Shown here: positions 46,229-57,300 of the stretch, in pieces
Layout of the letters: each line of letters begins with the position of its first letter
Position numbering within the stretch: position 1 is the stretch's first letter
Assembly: GCA_027923505.1 (NCBI GenBank)
Contig: BROI01000001.1
Coordinates: forward strand, 2,232,001-2,296,000
DNA from: Mayamaea pseudoterrestris
Lineage: Eukaryota
Length of the DNA: 64,000 nt
Reading direction: 5' to 3'
The notes under the pieces: generated by a model
Told to the model about the DNA's origin: nothing
The model's database searches: none
What the model saw: only the letters and a program-made list of their open reading frames with translations
Program-made: the position numbers and the translations under genes

Positions 46229-47875
46229 TTACTTGACGTACTCCCAATTCTGCACCATAATCTTGGATACGCACTGAAGTGCATGGCGCTGAAGCTCGGG
46301 GTTCTCATGTTCAATCAAATGCATGACCAACTCTTTGGCGCCCAAGCGCTTGGCAATCGCTCGACCATTCGGGTAATGGCGAACAAACTCTCCAATGTCA
46401 AAGCAGGCAATCGCCGCAACTTCCTCGTCCTTGCTGCTCAAAAGTGCAATCAACACCTTGACCAAGTGGAAGTCGCCGTCAATGCCTTCCATCATGCGAG
46501 CATTCTCCTTGAAAAAAGCCTCCTTGTGCGTAGATCCCCACTGCAAATGACCAGACTCGACTTCATTCTTGTAGACCTCCCAACGACTCATCTCCTTGTA
46601 GTTCTCGTGTAAAAGCTTGTAGAGTATGTCAATGTCGGTTACCAAGTCAGGGTCGGTGAATTGGCGGTCGCGCAAATGATCAATCGCTTTGATGAGTCCG
46701 CAAGCGATCATCTCCGACAAGAAGCACTGGCCGTTAATCGTCGGCTGACCCGCCGGCTGTACATCAGTTTCGGCGTTGCACGTAGCCAAGTTGCTCAAAG
46801 CGGAAAGGGCAACCCGGACAACCTTTTCGCGAGGCGCCACCGAAACCAAATCTACCAATGCTGACACAGCGACACTATCCTTGGCAAAATCCTGGCGAAT
46901 CAAGTACGAGTCGTTCAAGTCATATGTCAAGACCCACATGCAAAAGCAAACCTCGTAGAGCTGCTGGACCGACGCTTGTCCAATCTTCTTCTTGGAATCA
47001 GCTGAGGACGTAGACATGGAGCGCGTCTTGTGTCCAACGCGCAACTGGCGACTCATGTACTTGATGCCTCCACTCTTGCAAAAGAGGGCTCTTGTTTCGG
47101 GAGCCTCCATCAAGACACGCAGTGCCATGGTGCAAATGGAAACCGACGCACCTGCCGTATTCTTGAGCTGACTGACAATCCAAGCGACAATCGCTTCCAG
47201 AGGTTCCAACGCACTCGCATACTGGACCGGTCGCGCCTTGACGACATTGCCATCCTTGTCTGACGAACTGACGCGCTGACTGGGACAAGCCGTCACGAGA
47301 ATGCGTGTCAAGCAGAGGGACGCCACCTTTTGCGCAAAGACATCGCCCTTGCCGCCCTTGTTTAACACACGCAAAAGAGCCTTCCACTGGTCCACCAAGA
47401 CGCCATCCTTGCCAACGTAAAAGACAGTGGCAATGGAGACTCCCTTGACAGCTCCACTGGCAAGCGTATTGAGAATGTCCAACAACTTGGTGAGCGCATA
47501 ATGCGAAACAACGCCGAGTGGATCCGCCGAAAGAGCCGCCATGGCTTCCTCACTGGGGTTGCTATTGGTGGAGCTTGTGGCACTGGCGCTCGCCACTGTC
47601 GTGTCGTCGTTCATGCGCGAAACTTGTCCATTGCCAGCACCAGCTGCTGACGCTTCAGCCAATAGCTTGAGCAGGACTCTGGCATACATGCTAGCATCCC
47701 GACTATCCGCCAATGTGTAGTCCATGCTATTCGTTTCGGCCATGCGTAGCAAGGCAGTCTCTTGAGCCGTGAGTTTGAGCGAGCCAAGCGCGTCCCAGCG
47801 AATATGCGAAAACGCAGAGGCAACTGGTGACTTGATCGACATGCTTGTCGTCGTGGGAGGAATTGCGGTCGTCAT
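46229..47875 (-). CDS. ATP6V1H: V-type ATPase V1 subunit H
   Basis: QQLYEVCFCMWVLTY, REKVVR, Y..EVESGHLQW..H...FFKENA, AIACFDIGEFVRHYPNGR, ALQCVSKIMVQNWE. Confidence 0.95.
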   Translation of the reverse strand: MTTAIPPTTTSMSIKSPVASAFSHIRWDALGSLKLTAQETALLRMAETNSMDYTLADSRDASMYARVLLKLLAEASAAGAGNGQVSRMNDDTTVASASATSSTNSNPSEEAMAALSADPLGVVSHYALTKLLDILNTLASGAVKGVSIATVFYVGKDGVLVDQWKALLRVLNKGGKGDVFAQKVASLCLTRILVTACPSQRVSSSDKDGNVVKARPVQYASALEPLEAIVAWIVSQLKNTAGASVSICTMALRVLMEAPETRALFCKSGGIKYMSRQLRVGHKTRSMSTSSADSKKKIGQASVQQLYEVCFCMWVLTYDLNDSYLIRQDFAKDSVAVSALVDLVSVAPREKVVRVALSALSNLATCNAETDVQPAGQPTINGQCFLSEMIACGLIKAIDHLRDRQFTDPDLVTDIDILYKLLHENYKEMSRWEVYKNEVESGHLQWGSTHKEAFFKENARMMEGIDGDFHLVKVLIALLSSKDEEVAAIACFDIGEFVRHYPNGRAIAKRLGAKELVMHLIEHENPELQRHALQCVSKIMVQNWEYVK

Positions 47876-48636
47876 GGTGTCAATGGTAGGTGGTAGAGAA
47901 GCGCTTGATGACTTTCAAACCTCCAGCAACCTGTGCTTGACGAAACGTGACGAGAGAAATTGTGAGCGTGAGCCGAAGAAGTAATTAGAGAAGAAACCCG
48001 GTTTTGGCGACGACCTCCACCATTGGCACGACCATGACGAAGAAGCGGCTTGATGCGGTTCAAGTGACGAAACGAATACATCTGCGATCATGTAATGAAT
48101 TTGATGTTAATCAGCATTCAATAGAGTCATGTAGCGTTCCGTGAAAGCGTCAAGAATCCGAGAGGAACGTGACAGATTGTTGGATGGAGAAACATCATTG
48201 ATCGTCTGCAAGGGCGCCAATCGCAAGACTTTCGAGCACTAGCTTTACACGAATACCTATTACTCTCTCATACATGCATAGACTGTATAACAAAGCACAA
48301 ATCACCGAAATATCACAGTTGTTTACCTTAGCAGAGCGATAGTGGCTGTTTGGAAATTTGAGCGACCCACGGCGATGCTGAATAGTCGTAGTGGTACCGA
48401 ATCAAGAAGCCAACGGCTCTTCCAAATCACTGTCGTAGAGAGAGTACGTTAGTCGCGTTGCGACATCAAAAGACGATTGACCGCTCACCGCCGAGCGCCA
48501 TGACACTCACACGACCCGCTTGCTGCAGTCTCCTTCCGAACGACAACGGGACGGAGCACTCGATTCTTGGTTCGTCTTGATATTGCTTTGCTACTGTCTC
48601 TCTATTACACAGATATTAATATTTATAAGAGTACTA

Positions 48637-49371
48637 ATGAATTGGTTCAAGAAGGAAGACCCAAAAGAGCTTGCGCGCAAGGCCAAGCGAGAGACAAAGA
48701 AGGAAGTCCGGGTAAGTCGTCAATGATGGAGGCGCGCAAATGAACGAAAGATGGCTTGACGACATGAATACTCATTTTTCTCGCTATCGCTGCAGTCAAA
48801 TCAGCGTGACTTGGATCGGGAGATTCGTGACTTGGAGCGGCAGGAAAAGCAAACGATTCTCGAGCTCAAGCAGCGAGCCAAGGTTTGTTCCAACCAAAAT
48901 GATCCGTCACTCAAGGCGCTCGCCAAACAGATTTGTCAGATTCGCGAACAGCGCAGCAAAATCACAAGTACCAAGGCGCAACTGTCAGCCTTGGGAATGT
49001 CGGCGCAAGTGCAAGCTAGTCAAATGGCTGCTGTTTCGGCACTTTCGTCAGTGACGGACGCCATGAAGAGCGCCAATTCCGTCATGGACATGAAAAAGAC
49101 GACCAAAATCATGGCAAGTCTACAGAAGGAAAGCATGACTGCCAAGGTGCGAGAGGAAATGATGGATGATGTACTAGCGGATGTATTCGACTCGGAGGGA
49201 ATGGAGGATGAAGCAGACTTGCTGGCCTCGCAAGTCTTGGCGGAACTGGGCGTCGAAATGGATTCGCAAATGGTTGGCTTGAACGCGCCATCGCAAAAGA
49301 TGGCGCAGGAGGAGGCGGATCTTTTGGACGATATGCTTCCCGACTTGAAGGCGCGATTGAATGCATTGTAA
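48637..49371 (+). CDS. CHMP2: ESCRT-III Snf7-family subunit (CHMP2/Vps2-like); exons 48637-48711 and 48796-49371
   Basis: RDLDREIRDLERQEKQ, EEMMDD, QVLAELG, C-terminal MIM1-like DLKARLNAL; GTAAGT...CAG intron. Confidence 0.85.
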
Positions 49372-49585
49372 AAATGATTGCTGCTGGAGCCAATGCTCCG
49401 TCGCAACTCGATTCTCTTGCAACTACCGCCTTGCTTACCGGTAACTGTGCATATGACTTCATACGTACGTACGTACAAGTAGTCGTTAACAGTCGACTAT
49501 AGGTATTTTACAAAGAAAGTAGATGTACAGTTCACACGATGAAGCGGATCCAGTCATTGACGTCCGAATTCGTCGTCGTGCATAC

Positions 49586-50152
49586 TCATTCCTCATCGTA
49601 CGAGTAAGACGCCGACGGCATAGCAAACAACTGCAATCGATGAGGCTGGGGTCGCTGCACCATTTCCGACGGCGTCAAGCGTCGAGGTGCTGGCGGTGAC
49701 TGGTCTTGGTAGTGGCGACTGCTCGCGTAATGAAACGTCTCGCTGCTGCTGCTGCCTTGTCCGGAAGTTTCATCGCGACCTTCAAATCCATTATGGTCAG
49801 CATCATTGTCCATTTCGTCGTCAAATTCATCCACTTGCATGAGTTGACAGGAGACTGGATCGACGTGACCATCCATGGAATCCGACTGCACCAAGTTGAC
49901 AGCAGCATATTCCTCCATTGAATGCTGCGGCACGATGCGACTATTCGGCGTCATGGCGTGCATGTTAGTGAGTATTTCGGCAGCTTGTGACTCATCGTCC
50001 AAGCAGTCATGATCCAGAGTCCAAGAGACAGGATTGTGGCAGCTATTCCGAGGCGGACAGTGGTGCAAATGAAGACTTGCAAGGTCGGGTACGGGCGAAT
50101 TGGACGATGACGACGAAGACAAGGAATTGTAGCGGTGCAGCTTGGATGGCAC
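49586..50152 (-). CDS. Hypothetical low-complexity protein
   Basis: 188-aa ATG ORF, Ser/acidic-rich, no recognised domain. Confidence 0.45.
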   Translation of the reverse strand: MPSKLHRYNSLSSSSSSNSPVPDLASLHLHHCPPRNSCHNPVSWTLDHDCLDDESQAAEILTNMHAMTPNSRIVPQHSMEEYAAVNLVQSDSMDGHVDPVSCQLMQVDEFDDEMDNDADHNGFEGRDETSGQGSSSSETFHYASSRHYQDQSPPAPRRLTPSEMVQRPQPHRLQLFAMPSASYSYDEE

Positions 50153-50900
50153 AGCAATGGAATGATTCTCCTTGTCGCTGAATGGTACAAAGGTGATTTA
50201 GGAAGAATGGGTGAGTAATTGAAGAATAGTAAATAACGATCATGACTGTATGGCAGATGGCAGCAAGTCGCAATTCATTCGTCACTGCAGCATGCACTTA
50301 CAATGGAATCGAGGCACCGGTATGGGATCGATGGCTATATGATGGAAAGATGGGAGACATGATGTTTGCTTCTTTCAACTAGCGTGCTGCAGCGAAGAAA
50401 ATCAATGGAGTGAGAGCAAGCATTCGGCCATCAAGCTTTGGTTGCTGAGGTACGAGTATTCGAGCATGCATCACTTCAAGAATCCACGACTTGGACACGA
50501 CCGATCCAACGCTTGATACTCGTTGCATCAGGTAGTAATCCCGCGACTTGTCTACTTACTTATTCGTTTGAATGATGCGGGGTGAAGAAGCACGGCAACG
50601 TGAAAATCTGGTTGCGCTCATGGTGATGCGCGCGCGACGCGTTTTCGCCAACCACGACACGAGCCGTTATTTTTGTTCCAATGTCAAGACTCGATCATGA
50701 CGTCCATCCAGATTAGTGTTGAGCCAAGTGTACAAAACACTATTGCCTTTGATGATGCATGAATGAATAGTTGGGGGAACCTTGAACTGGTAATGAAGTT
50801 CGGCAACGGTACTCAACTTACTCGTCAGACCTCCAGTGTGCGCCCAACAGTAGTGAGCTCATTGTTTCATCGTCGCTCCTCACATTTTCGACGAGCAAAC

Positions 50901-52457
50901 ATGGCGTCCGTCCAATGGTTACAATTGATGCTTTGTTTAGCGGCCACAGCTCATGCCTTGATACGAGCTGTACCAAGGGTAAATCGTTGTCAAACTGTCA
51001 CTCTGCTCGCCATGAAGAAGCCATATGCATCCATCAGCACTTTGTCGGACAACCGCACCTGCACTCAGCAAGGACAAGGACCCAATGCCGATCGTCTTTC
51101 GAAGAATGAAATTCGTCACGATCCATTCGCTCGTCTCAAAGACATGCAACATCATCCAAAGCTTATCGTTTTTGATCTTGACAATACACTTTGGACGCCC
51201 GAGCTTTATCAGATTCGCCAACGAAATCTTCCAGTTGCAGAACGTGACATTCGACTATTCAACGATGTTGCATCGATATTATCCTTTTGTAAAGCTTCCA
51301 AATACACAATGGGCATCGCAAGTCGGACCGATAAGGTCAAATGGGCTCATCAGCTATTGAAGGACTTTATCGTGACGGACAAGTCGACTGCAACGTCTTC
51401 ATTGCTTGAATCCTACTTTGATTTCGTCGAGATTCAACCAGGCAGCAAAAAGACGCACTTTAGCAACATGAAACAAGCATCTGGGGTTTCCTACTCGGAT
51501 ATGGTTTTCGTGGACGACGATGCCCGGTTGAATCTTTTTGAAATTAGCGGACAGCTTGGCGTCTTGTGTGTCCACACTCCACGCGGTGTCACCGTTGAAC
51601 ACTTTATCAAAGGCATGTTGGCTTTCAACGAACAAAAATGCAATGGACAAGCTTGGATGGGGAGCATTGTTACTTTCGATACTACCAAAGAGTCAAGACG
51701 AAAGACTGGAAATGTCTGCCAAGGCAGCGTCAAGTTCTACTCGAGCCAAAAGAAGTTTGGTTTCATCGTTGACACTGTCAGTGGCCACGAGTTTTTCGTT
51801 CATGAAAGTAAAGTGCCAGCGAATGTTTCTCTTCAAACGGGCGATGTCGTAAGTTATGAAGTGCTAGAAATGGATTCGCGCGGTCGAGCTTCCGCCGTCA
51901 TCGTAGCCAATTCCGATGGCCATATTGGCCAGCAGTCTCGCGAAAGTTCCAACTCAACTTTTGCAACGACTCAAACACCGACAGCTCTATCGACTGTTAC
52001 TATGCCATGCTTTACCATGAGCCAGCCATACTGTGCCCTCCTTTTGAATGGCGTCAAGACGGTGGAAAGTCGTAACAATCCAATGTTCATGGACGTTAAA
52101 CCGGGAACCAAAGTACTACTCCAATGCGGACAACGAGACTGGCATGACGTGGAGTCGTACAAGTCAATCATTGGCAATGAAATGACGGTATCAGAGCTGG
52201 AAAAGGCTATTCAGCTGCCAAGCAAATTTGTCAAGGGAGCCATTGTCGGTGTGGTGACTGTCGGCAAAACGTGGCGGGCCAGCGAGGGTGAGAGACAGAG
52301 CCGCGACTTACAGCGCAAGGTTTTAGCTCCGTTCGATGGAATCGGCTCGTTTTGTACTGAGATTGCCGCATGCAACTGGCTTGTTAAGCCAATCAAAATG
52401 GGTGGTCAGCCTGGTATTTACACGACAAGTGTACCACAGGATTACATTAGCAAGTAG
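50901..52457 (+). CDS. Fusion protein: signal peptide + MDP-1-type HAD phosphatase + cold-shock domain + ASCH domain
   Basis: PKLIVFDLDNTLW, IASRT, GSKKTHF, FVDD (HAD); GSVKFY...KFGFI...FFVH (CSD); FTMSQPY..LLLNGVKTVESR (ASCH); ORF open from 50763, likely ATG 50901. Confidence 0.85.
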   Translation: MASVQWLQLMLCLAATAHALIRAVPRVNRCQTVTLLAMKKPYASISTLSDNRTCTQQGQGPNADRLSKNEIRHDPFARLKDMQHHPKLIVFDLDNTLWTPELYQIRQRNLPVAERDIRLFNDVASILSFCKASKYTMGIASRTDKVKWAHQLLKDFIVTDKSTATSSLLESYFDFVEIQPGSKKTHFSNMKQASGVSYSDMVFVDDDARLNLFEISGQLGVLCVHTPRGVTVEHFIKGMLAFNEQKCNGQAWMGSIVTFDTTKESRRKTGNVCQGSVKFYSSQKKFGFIVDTVSGHEFFVHESKVPANVSLQTGDVVSYEVLEMDSRGRASAVIVANSDGHIGQQSRESSNSTFATTQTPTALSTVTMPCFTMSQPYCALLLNGVKTVESRNNPMFMDVKPGTKVLLQCGQRDWHDVESYKSIIGNEMTVSELEKAIQLPSKFVKGAIVGVVTVGKTWRASEGERQSRDLQRKVLAPFDGIGSFCTEIAACNWLVKPIKMGGQPGIYTTSVPQDYISK

Positions 52458-53217
52458 TTTCCATTGTGAATGTTGCGGACCTTTGAATGCGTTCATTTCT
52501 TAATGCTGGACCGAATTTACCAGTGACCGGCCCAACCAGTCCTTGAGTGACTCTCTTTTCGAACGATTTGCAGGCGTTTATAAGGTCGGCCAACTGGAAC
52601 GTAGTTGCAAAAAAACACTGAACAGTGGCAGCACCTGTTTAACTTGCATGCAATGATTCACAAGTATATAATCCAACTAAATTGAAAATCACATGTCAAG
52701 ATTATAAGTAAACAATTTTAGACGTGGAGTTGTCCAATGCAACGAATGGAAAATCTATCGGTATCAAAGACAAGTAAAACCATTCAGCGGAGGTCACACT
52801 TGTTGACGTACGAAATTATTTGCATGCTCCACTGCATCATTTCTCTGATGATTAATGATGCGTTGCTGGCTGCAAGCACTCCCGCCGGTATTGTTCAATG
52901 CCTCCTTGCAAGATTGGGTGGCCAATAGTGCCGAGACTTTGAACATTAGATTGATCGAATTTCGGAGGAGCACCGCGGCAACGTCGTCAAGCAGATTAGT
53001 GTGCTTTCCCACTATCAAAGAGTGCTGGCATTGCTGCAGCAACAGCTTTCATGGTATTGAGGAAGCAACAATGTTGACCTTGAATACGGAGCGGGGCGTT
53101 GTCTGAAATTGTGAGTCGTTTCATTCAATACGAAATAGGAATTGTTGATGTGATGCATGATTATTAATTAAACTATAGACATTATTATGTATACAGTGCT
53201 CACTCCGAAACAACATC

Positions 53218-53904
53218 CTAGCTTGGAAGAGCCACCCGACTTTGCGCCGATGCTGGCTCCTTTGAAGCATCTCCTGTCGGCCGCACCACCTCTGGCAACT
53301 TGTGCGTGGGCACGCTGGGCAGTGGCTGATCCGTAGGCACTTCAGGAAGTTGCTCGGCAACATTTTCGTCTCCTTCAAGTTCCATCATCAATACATTTAA
53401 TTCAAGCTGCGCGTCCTCCTCCTGCTCGGCTGTCAATTCCGGTGTTTGCGCCAAAATGTCACTAATTTCTCGTTCCATGTCGACCGACTCCTTGACTTCG
53501 TCCATCAAATCGAGAACTTGATCAACGTTGAATTGTTCGTTGAGCTCCTTCAAGCAGTCTTTCCCAGCCGCGAGTACAGTCAATAGCTGGTGCTCGTTCT
53601 GCTTGGAGTCAATCGTTGACATAATTTGGTGTAGTGTTAATAATTGTTCCTCGACGGAATCCAGTAACGTTTGCTTGTACTTTTTCAATCGCAACAGTCC
53701 AAGAGCTCGCGTCTTGTTATCTAAGTGTTTCTGAAGCAATGCTTGCTGGAGTAGTCGTTCCTTGTCTCGCTCTAGTTGGGTTCGATACTTGTATAGTCGA
53801 TCGCGCGTGTTTTTGAGGTCGAGCATGGTGCGATCGACGGAGGAAATCTTCGCCAGTGAGGCTTTTGGAACTGATTCTGCTGCTCTGCTTGTGAATGCGC
53901 CCAT
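53218..53904 (-). CDS. CHMP6: ESCRT-III subunit CHMP6/Vps20
   Basis: MG N-myristoylation start (MGAFTS), DRTMLDLKNTRDRL, ALGLLRLKKY, LPEVP MIM2-like motifs. Confidence 0.9.
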   Translation of the reverse strand: MGAFTSRAAESVPKASLAKISSVDRTMLDLKNTRDRLYKYRTQLERDKERLLQQALLQKHLDNKTRALGLLRLKKYKQTLLDSVEEQLLTLHQIMSTIDSKQNEHQLLTVLAAGKDCLKELNEQFNVDQVLDLMDEVKESVDMEREISDILAQTPELTAEQEEDAQLELNVLMMELEGDENVAEQLPEVPTDQPLPSVPTHKLPEVVRPTGDASKEPASAQSRVALPS

Positions 53905-54312
53905 GTTATAATAGAATGTCAGGATTGTATGAGCAAGAAGGGCAGATACGGTCAATGGCAAAGCCCAGACGAAAGTGGGCAAACGAACCGCAAAACGCTT
54001 CCGTTTTGTTGCGAGTGGTGGAAGGAGGGAGATGTCGTAGCGGCTGCAAATCATATCGCACCACTATTCGGGTGTTGCTCGAGGCGGCCTTGGCGCCATG
54101 GCTGTGACACGACAAACTGCCGCTTTCGTGCAGAGGCACGGAGGCTCGCAACTTGCTTCTAAAAGTCATGCTACATTGTCAGTTACCTACTTGAAACATT
54201 TGAAAATTTAGTAAGCGTCTAGAAAGAGCCTACAGGGAAGGATAGCGTCTGCAAAACGTCATTGCAAAATATCTTCATCAAGAGCAAAGAGCAAAGAGCA
54301 AGCGCATCAGCA

Positions 54313-57300
54313 ATGGACGGCTTTGTGAAGCATTCGCCAAGCAAGCATAGCAGCAAACGGAAGTTAGACGGCGACAAGGAGGAGCTTTCCATGATGCAGC
54401 AGGAAGAATATCAGTCTCTAAAGCCGTCTAGCAATTTTCGATCGACAACAGACTTGATGTCGTCATGCTGGGTATGCACCTGCACATTGAAACTGCCTCC
54501 TCCACAACTTTGCATGTACTCTACGCACTGCCATCCACATTTGACAGTTCCAGTCTGCGTCCTTTGCTCCGAAACACTCTTGTACGTGGAATCCGATGCT
54601 TGCTGGGGCTGCGCCAAGGACGATGATGCACTATTGCTCTGCTGCAGCGACTGCGACAAGGAGTTTTGCACAACCTGCGTTGGATTTGCTATTGGAAACT
54701 CTGAAGCGGTCCAAACACTGATTGACAGTGACGACGACTGGAAATGTCTCTCGTGTCAGCCGCCAGAGCACTTGCGCCGCGTCATGCAGTCACTGCTGGA
54801 ACAGCAGGACGAGGATGCAGGTAACACCACTAGTCCTCGAACATTTGACGCGGTCATACACGAGCTGCAAGTCGTCGAGGAGGAACGGAATCATTGTTTG
54901 GAAGCTCTTGATATGGAGCTTGAACATTTACGACTGATTAGTAACGAGCTTGGCGGCACCCAGAACTGTGAAGAGACAGTGCTGGAAGAATGGAGCTACT
55001 GGAAGCAGATGCAATTGGATCATGAGAAGCGACTGCTTGACAAGGTGAGCAGCTTGCAGGACGAGCTTGCAGTCACTCATAAAGTCAAGGATATTGCCGC
55101 CTTGTACAAAGACCTTGGACTTTACTCGAAACGTCGTAGCAGTGAGGTTCCAAACGACGAATTCACGGACGACGACGCGGAAACCGAGGTCGAACCAGAC
55201 TATGTTCGCTTAGCCGGCAAGGCGATTTGCCGTCGCGAAAAGGAGGAGCGGCAGCAACGACTCGACAAAAGTCCCATGACCATTTTGGACAAGGCAATCT
55301 ACAAGAGAGACGATTTATTCAGCGACGTTGAGGAACTGGCGAGTGAGGACGAGGACGATTTGCCAAACTCAGAGGAGAAGGGATGGCGCATGAGCAATGG
55401 ATTTCGAACGAACAGAATGACAGCGTCACCCAGCGATATCCAGGAAGCATGGCAACTAGAAAATGAGCGGCTTGATAGCATCAATCGAGCGCGTCCGAAA
55501 ACGGCTTTTAGTTCCGCAGACGACAAGGACGCCATGCAATTAGAGGAACACCAGATTGCTGGCGGATCGGTTCGAAAGGACGTTTACCGCGTCGCGGTGG
55601 CTCGCTCCAAGAAGAGACAACGAGTGCATACACCCACGGAAGGCACGTCTGTGGAGGATGGTTTGTCAATGATGTTGCCGAAACAGAAGCATCAGTTGTC
55701 TTGTGCTGACGATTTGGAGGAAGGGCCTCCTTCTTATCAAGCAAACGCCCCGGCATTGCCTCAAGGAGCAAGGGCCGGTTTGAAGAGTCGGGAGCCGAAT
55801 GGTCGGCGCTCTCAAGGTGTGAATGAACCTTTGTCGAGTCAGGTGAATGAGCCAGCCCTTTCGCAAAACTCAGCGGCGAGCATGGACAAGGCTGGAACGG
55901 CCGAAGAATCCCAAAGTAGGATCATTGTTGCCTCTCCCATTATACACGGAAAGAAACGTCGGATTGCTTTAACGGGATCGCTCGTTCTTTGTCGCAAAGG
56001 GAGAGACAAGGTTCGAACGGTCGCTGTCGCCGATGAGCTTGCTGTGCTCCTCAAGCCGCATCAACGAGAAGGAATTGTCAACATGTGGCAAAATGCTTTT
56101 AGTGATATGGAACGCCACCTTAACGGAAACCTGTCAGAAGTGGGTGGCTGTATTCTCGCTCACAATATGGGACTCGGCAAAACACTCTCCGCAATTGCTC
56201 TTATTCATACTGTTCTCACCGCAAAGTCAATGCCTGTCGTAAAGGAGACCGGAAAGCCAATGGTTGATGCAGTACTCGTCGTTGCTCCTACGAACGTAAT
56301 ATTTAATTGGGAAAACGAGTTTGAAAAGTGGACTGGTCATCTCAAGCCGCCTTTGGTAATAGACTCGATTGACAAGTACAACAAAACGTCGTATGTCAAA
56401 GCAGTGCACCGATGGCGAGATACAGGTGGTGTACTTCTCGTGACGGAGCGTAAATTAAGTAACTTATTCAAGGAGGGCATACAGTTGCAACCTGATCTTC
56501 TCGTTTGCGACGAGGCTCACGCAATGCTGAAAAATTCGTCGTGTAAAACGTTTCAAGCATTGAGCTCTATCACGACGCCGAGGAAGATCCTGCTTACCGG
56601 CAGCCCGTTCCAGAACAACTTACTAGAGTACTTCCGGATGATCTCATTCATTCGCCCCAATGTCTTTCCTGAAGCAGCAAGCGAGTCAGAGTTTGATGCT
56701 CATTACGTAAAGCCGATACAGGAAGGTGAATCATCTGACGCGACGGCAGAGCAGGTTTGGGCTCATGTAAGCAAGGCGAAGCAGATTCACGACATTGTTG
56801 AGCCTTTTGTGCACCGAAAAGACGCGTCTGTCCTTCGAGAGGTACTTCCTCCACTGCAGCAGGTAGTGCTGCATGTCCGTCAGTCACGGCCTCAGTGTCG
56901 GCTCTACCGCAAATACGAGCGTCGCCGCCACAAAGCAGAAAATGGTAAGAACTTTTTTCGTACTTATCACGATACTCGGCTGCTGCATAACCACCCTGGT
57001 TGCCTTGTGACTGCCGCCGACAAGAATCAGCGGAAAGTGGCGAAATCGGACGATGCTGTCCCGAAGGACGAGTGGTGGCAAACTGTTATGAAGCCTGGCG
57101 ATGAAGCACAGCTTTTGGAAGTTTGTTCCGGATACAAAATGATTTTGCTACTGCACATCTTGGTAGCTTCTGTGAAGCAGAATGACAAGATATTGATATT
57201 CAGCGAATCACTGCAAACACTTGACTATGTCGAGCGCATGCTTGCACTTAAGGACTGGTGCGAGCATGTTCCTACACTCGCCTCATCCGACACCGCCGAC

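Noticed and set aside
52794..53106. Short open frame on the minus strand downstream of CHMP6
   Set aside because: No ATG start or recognisable motif; could be a gene remnant but is unsupported
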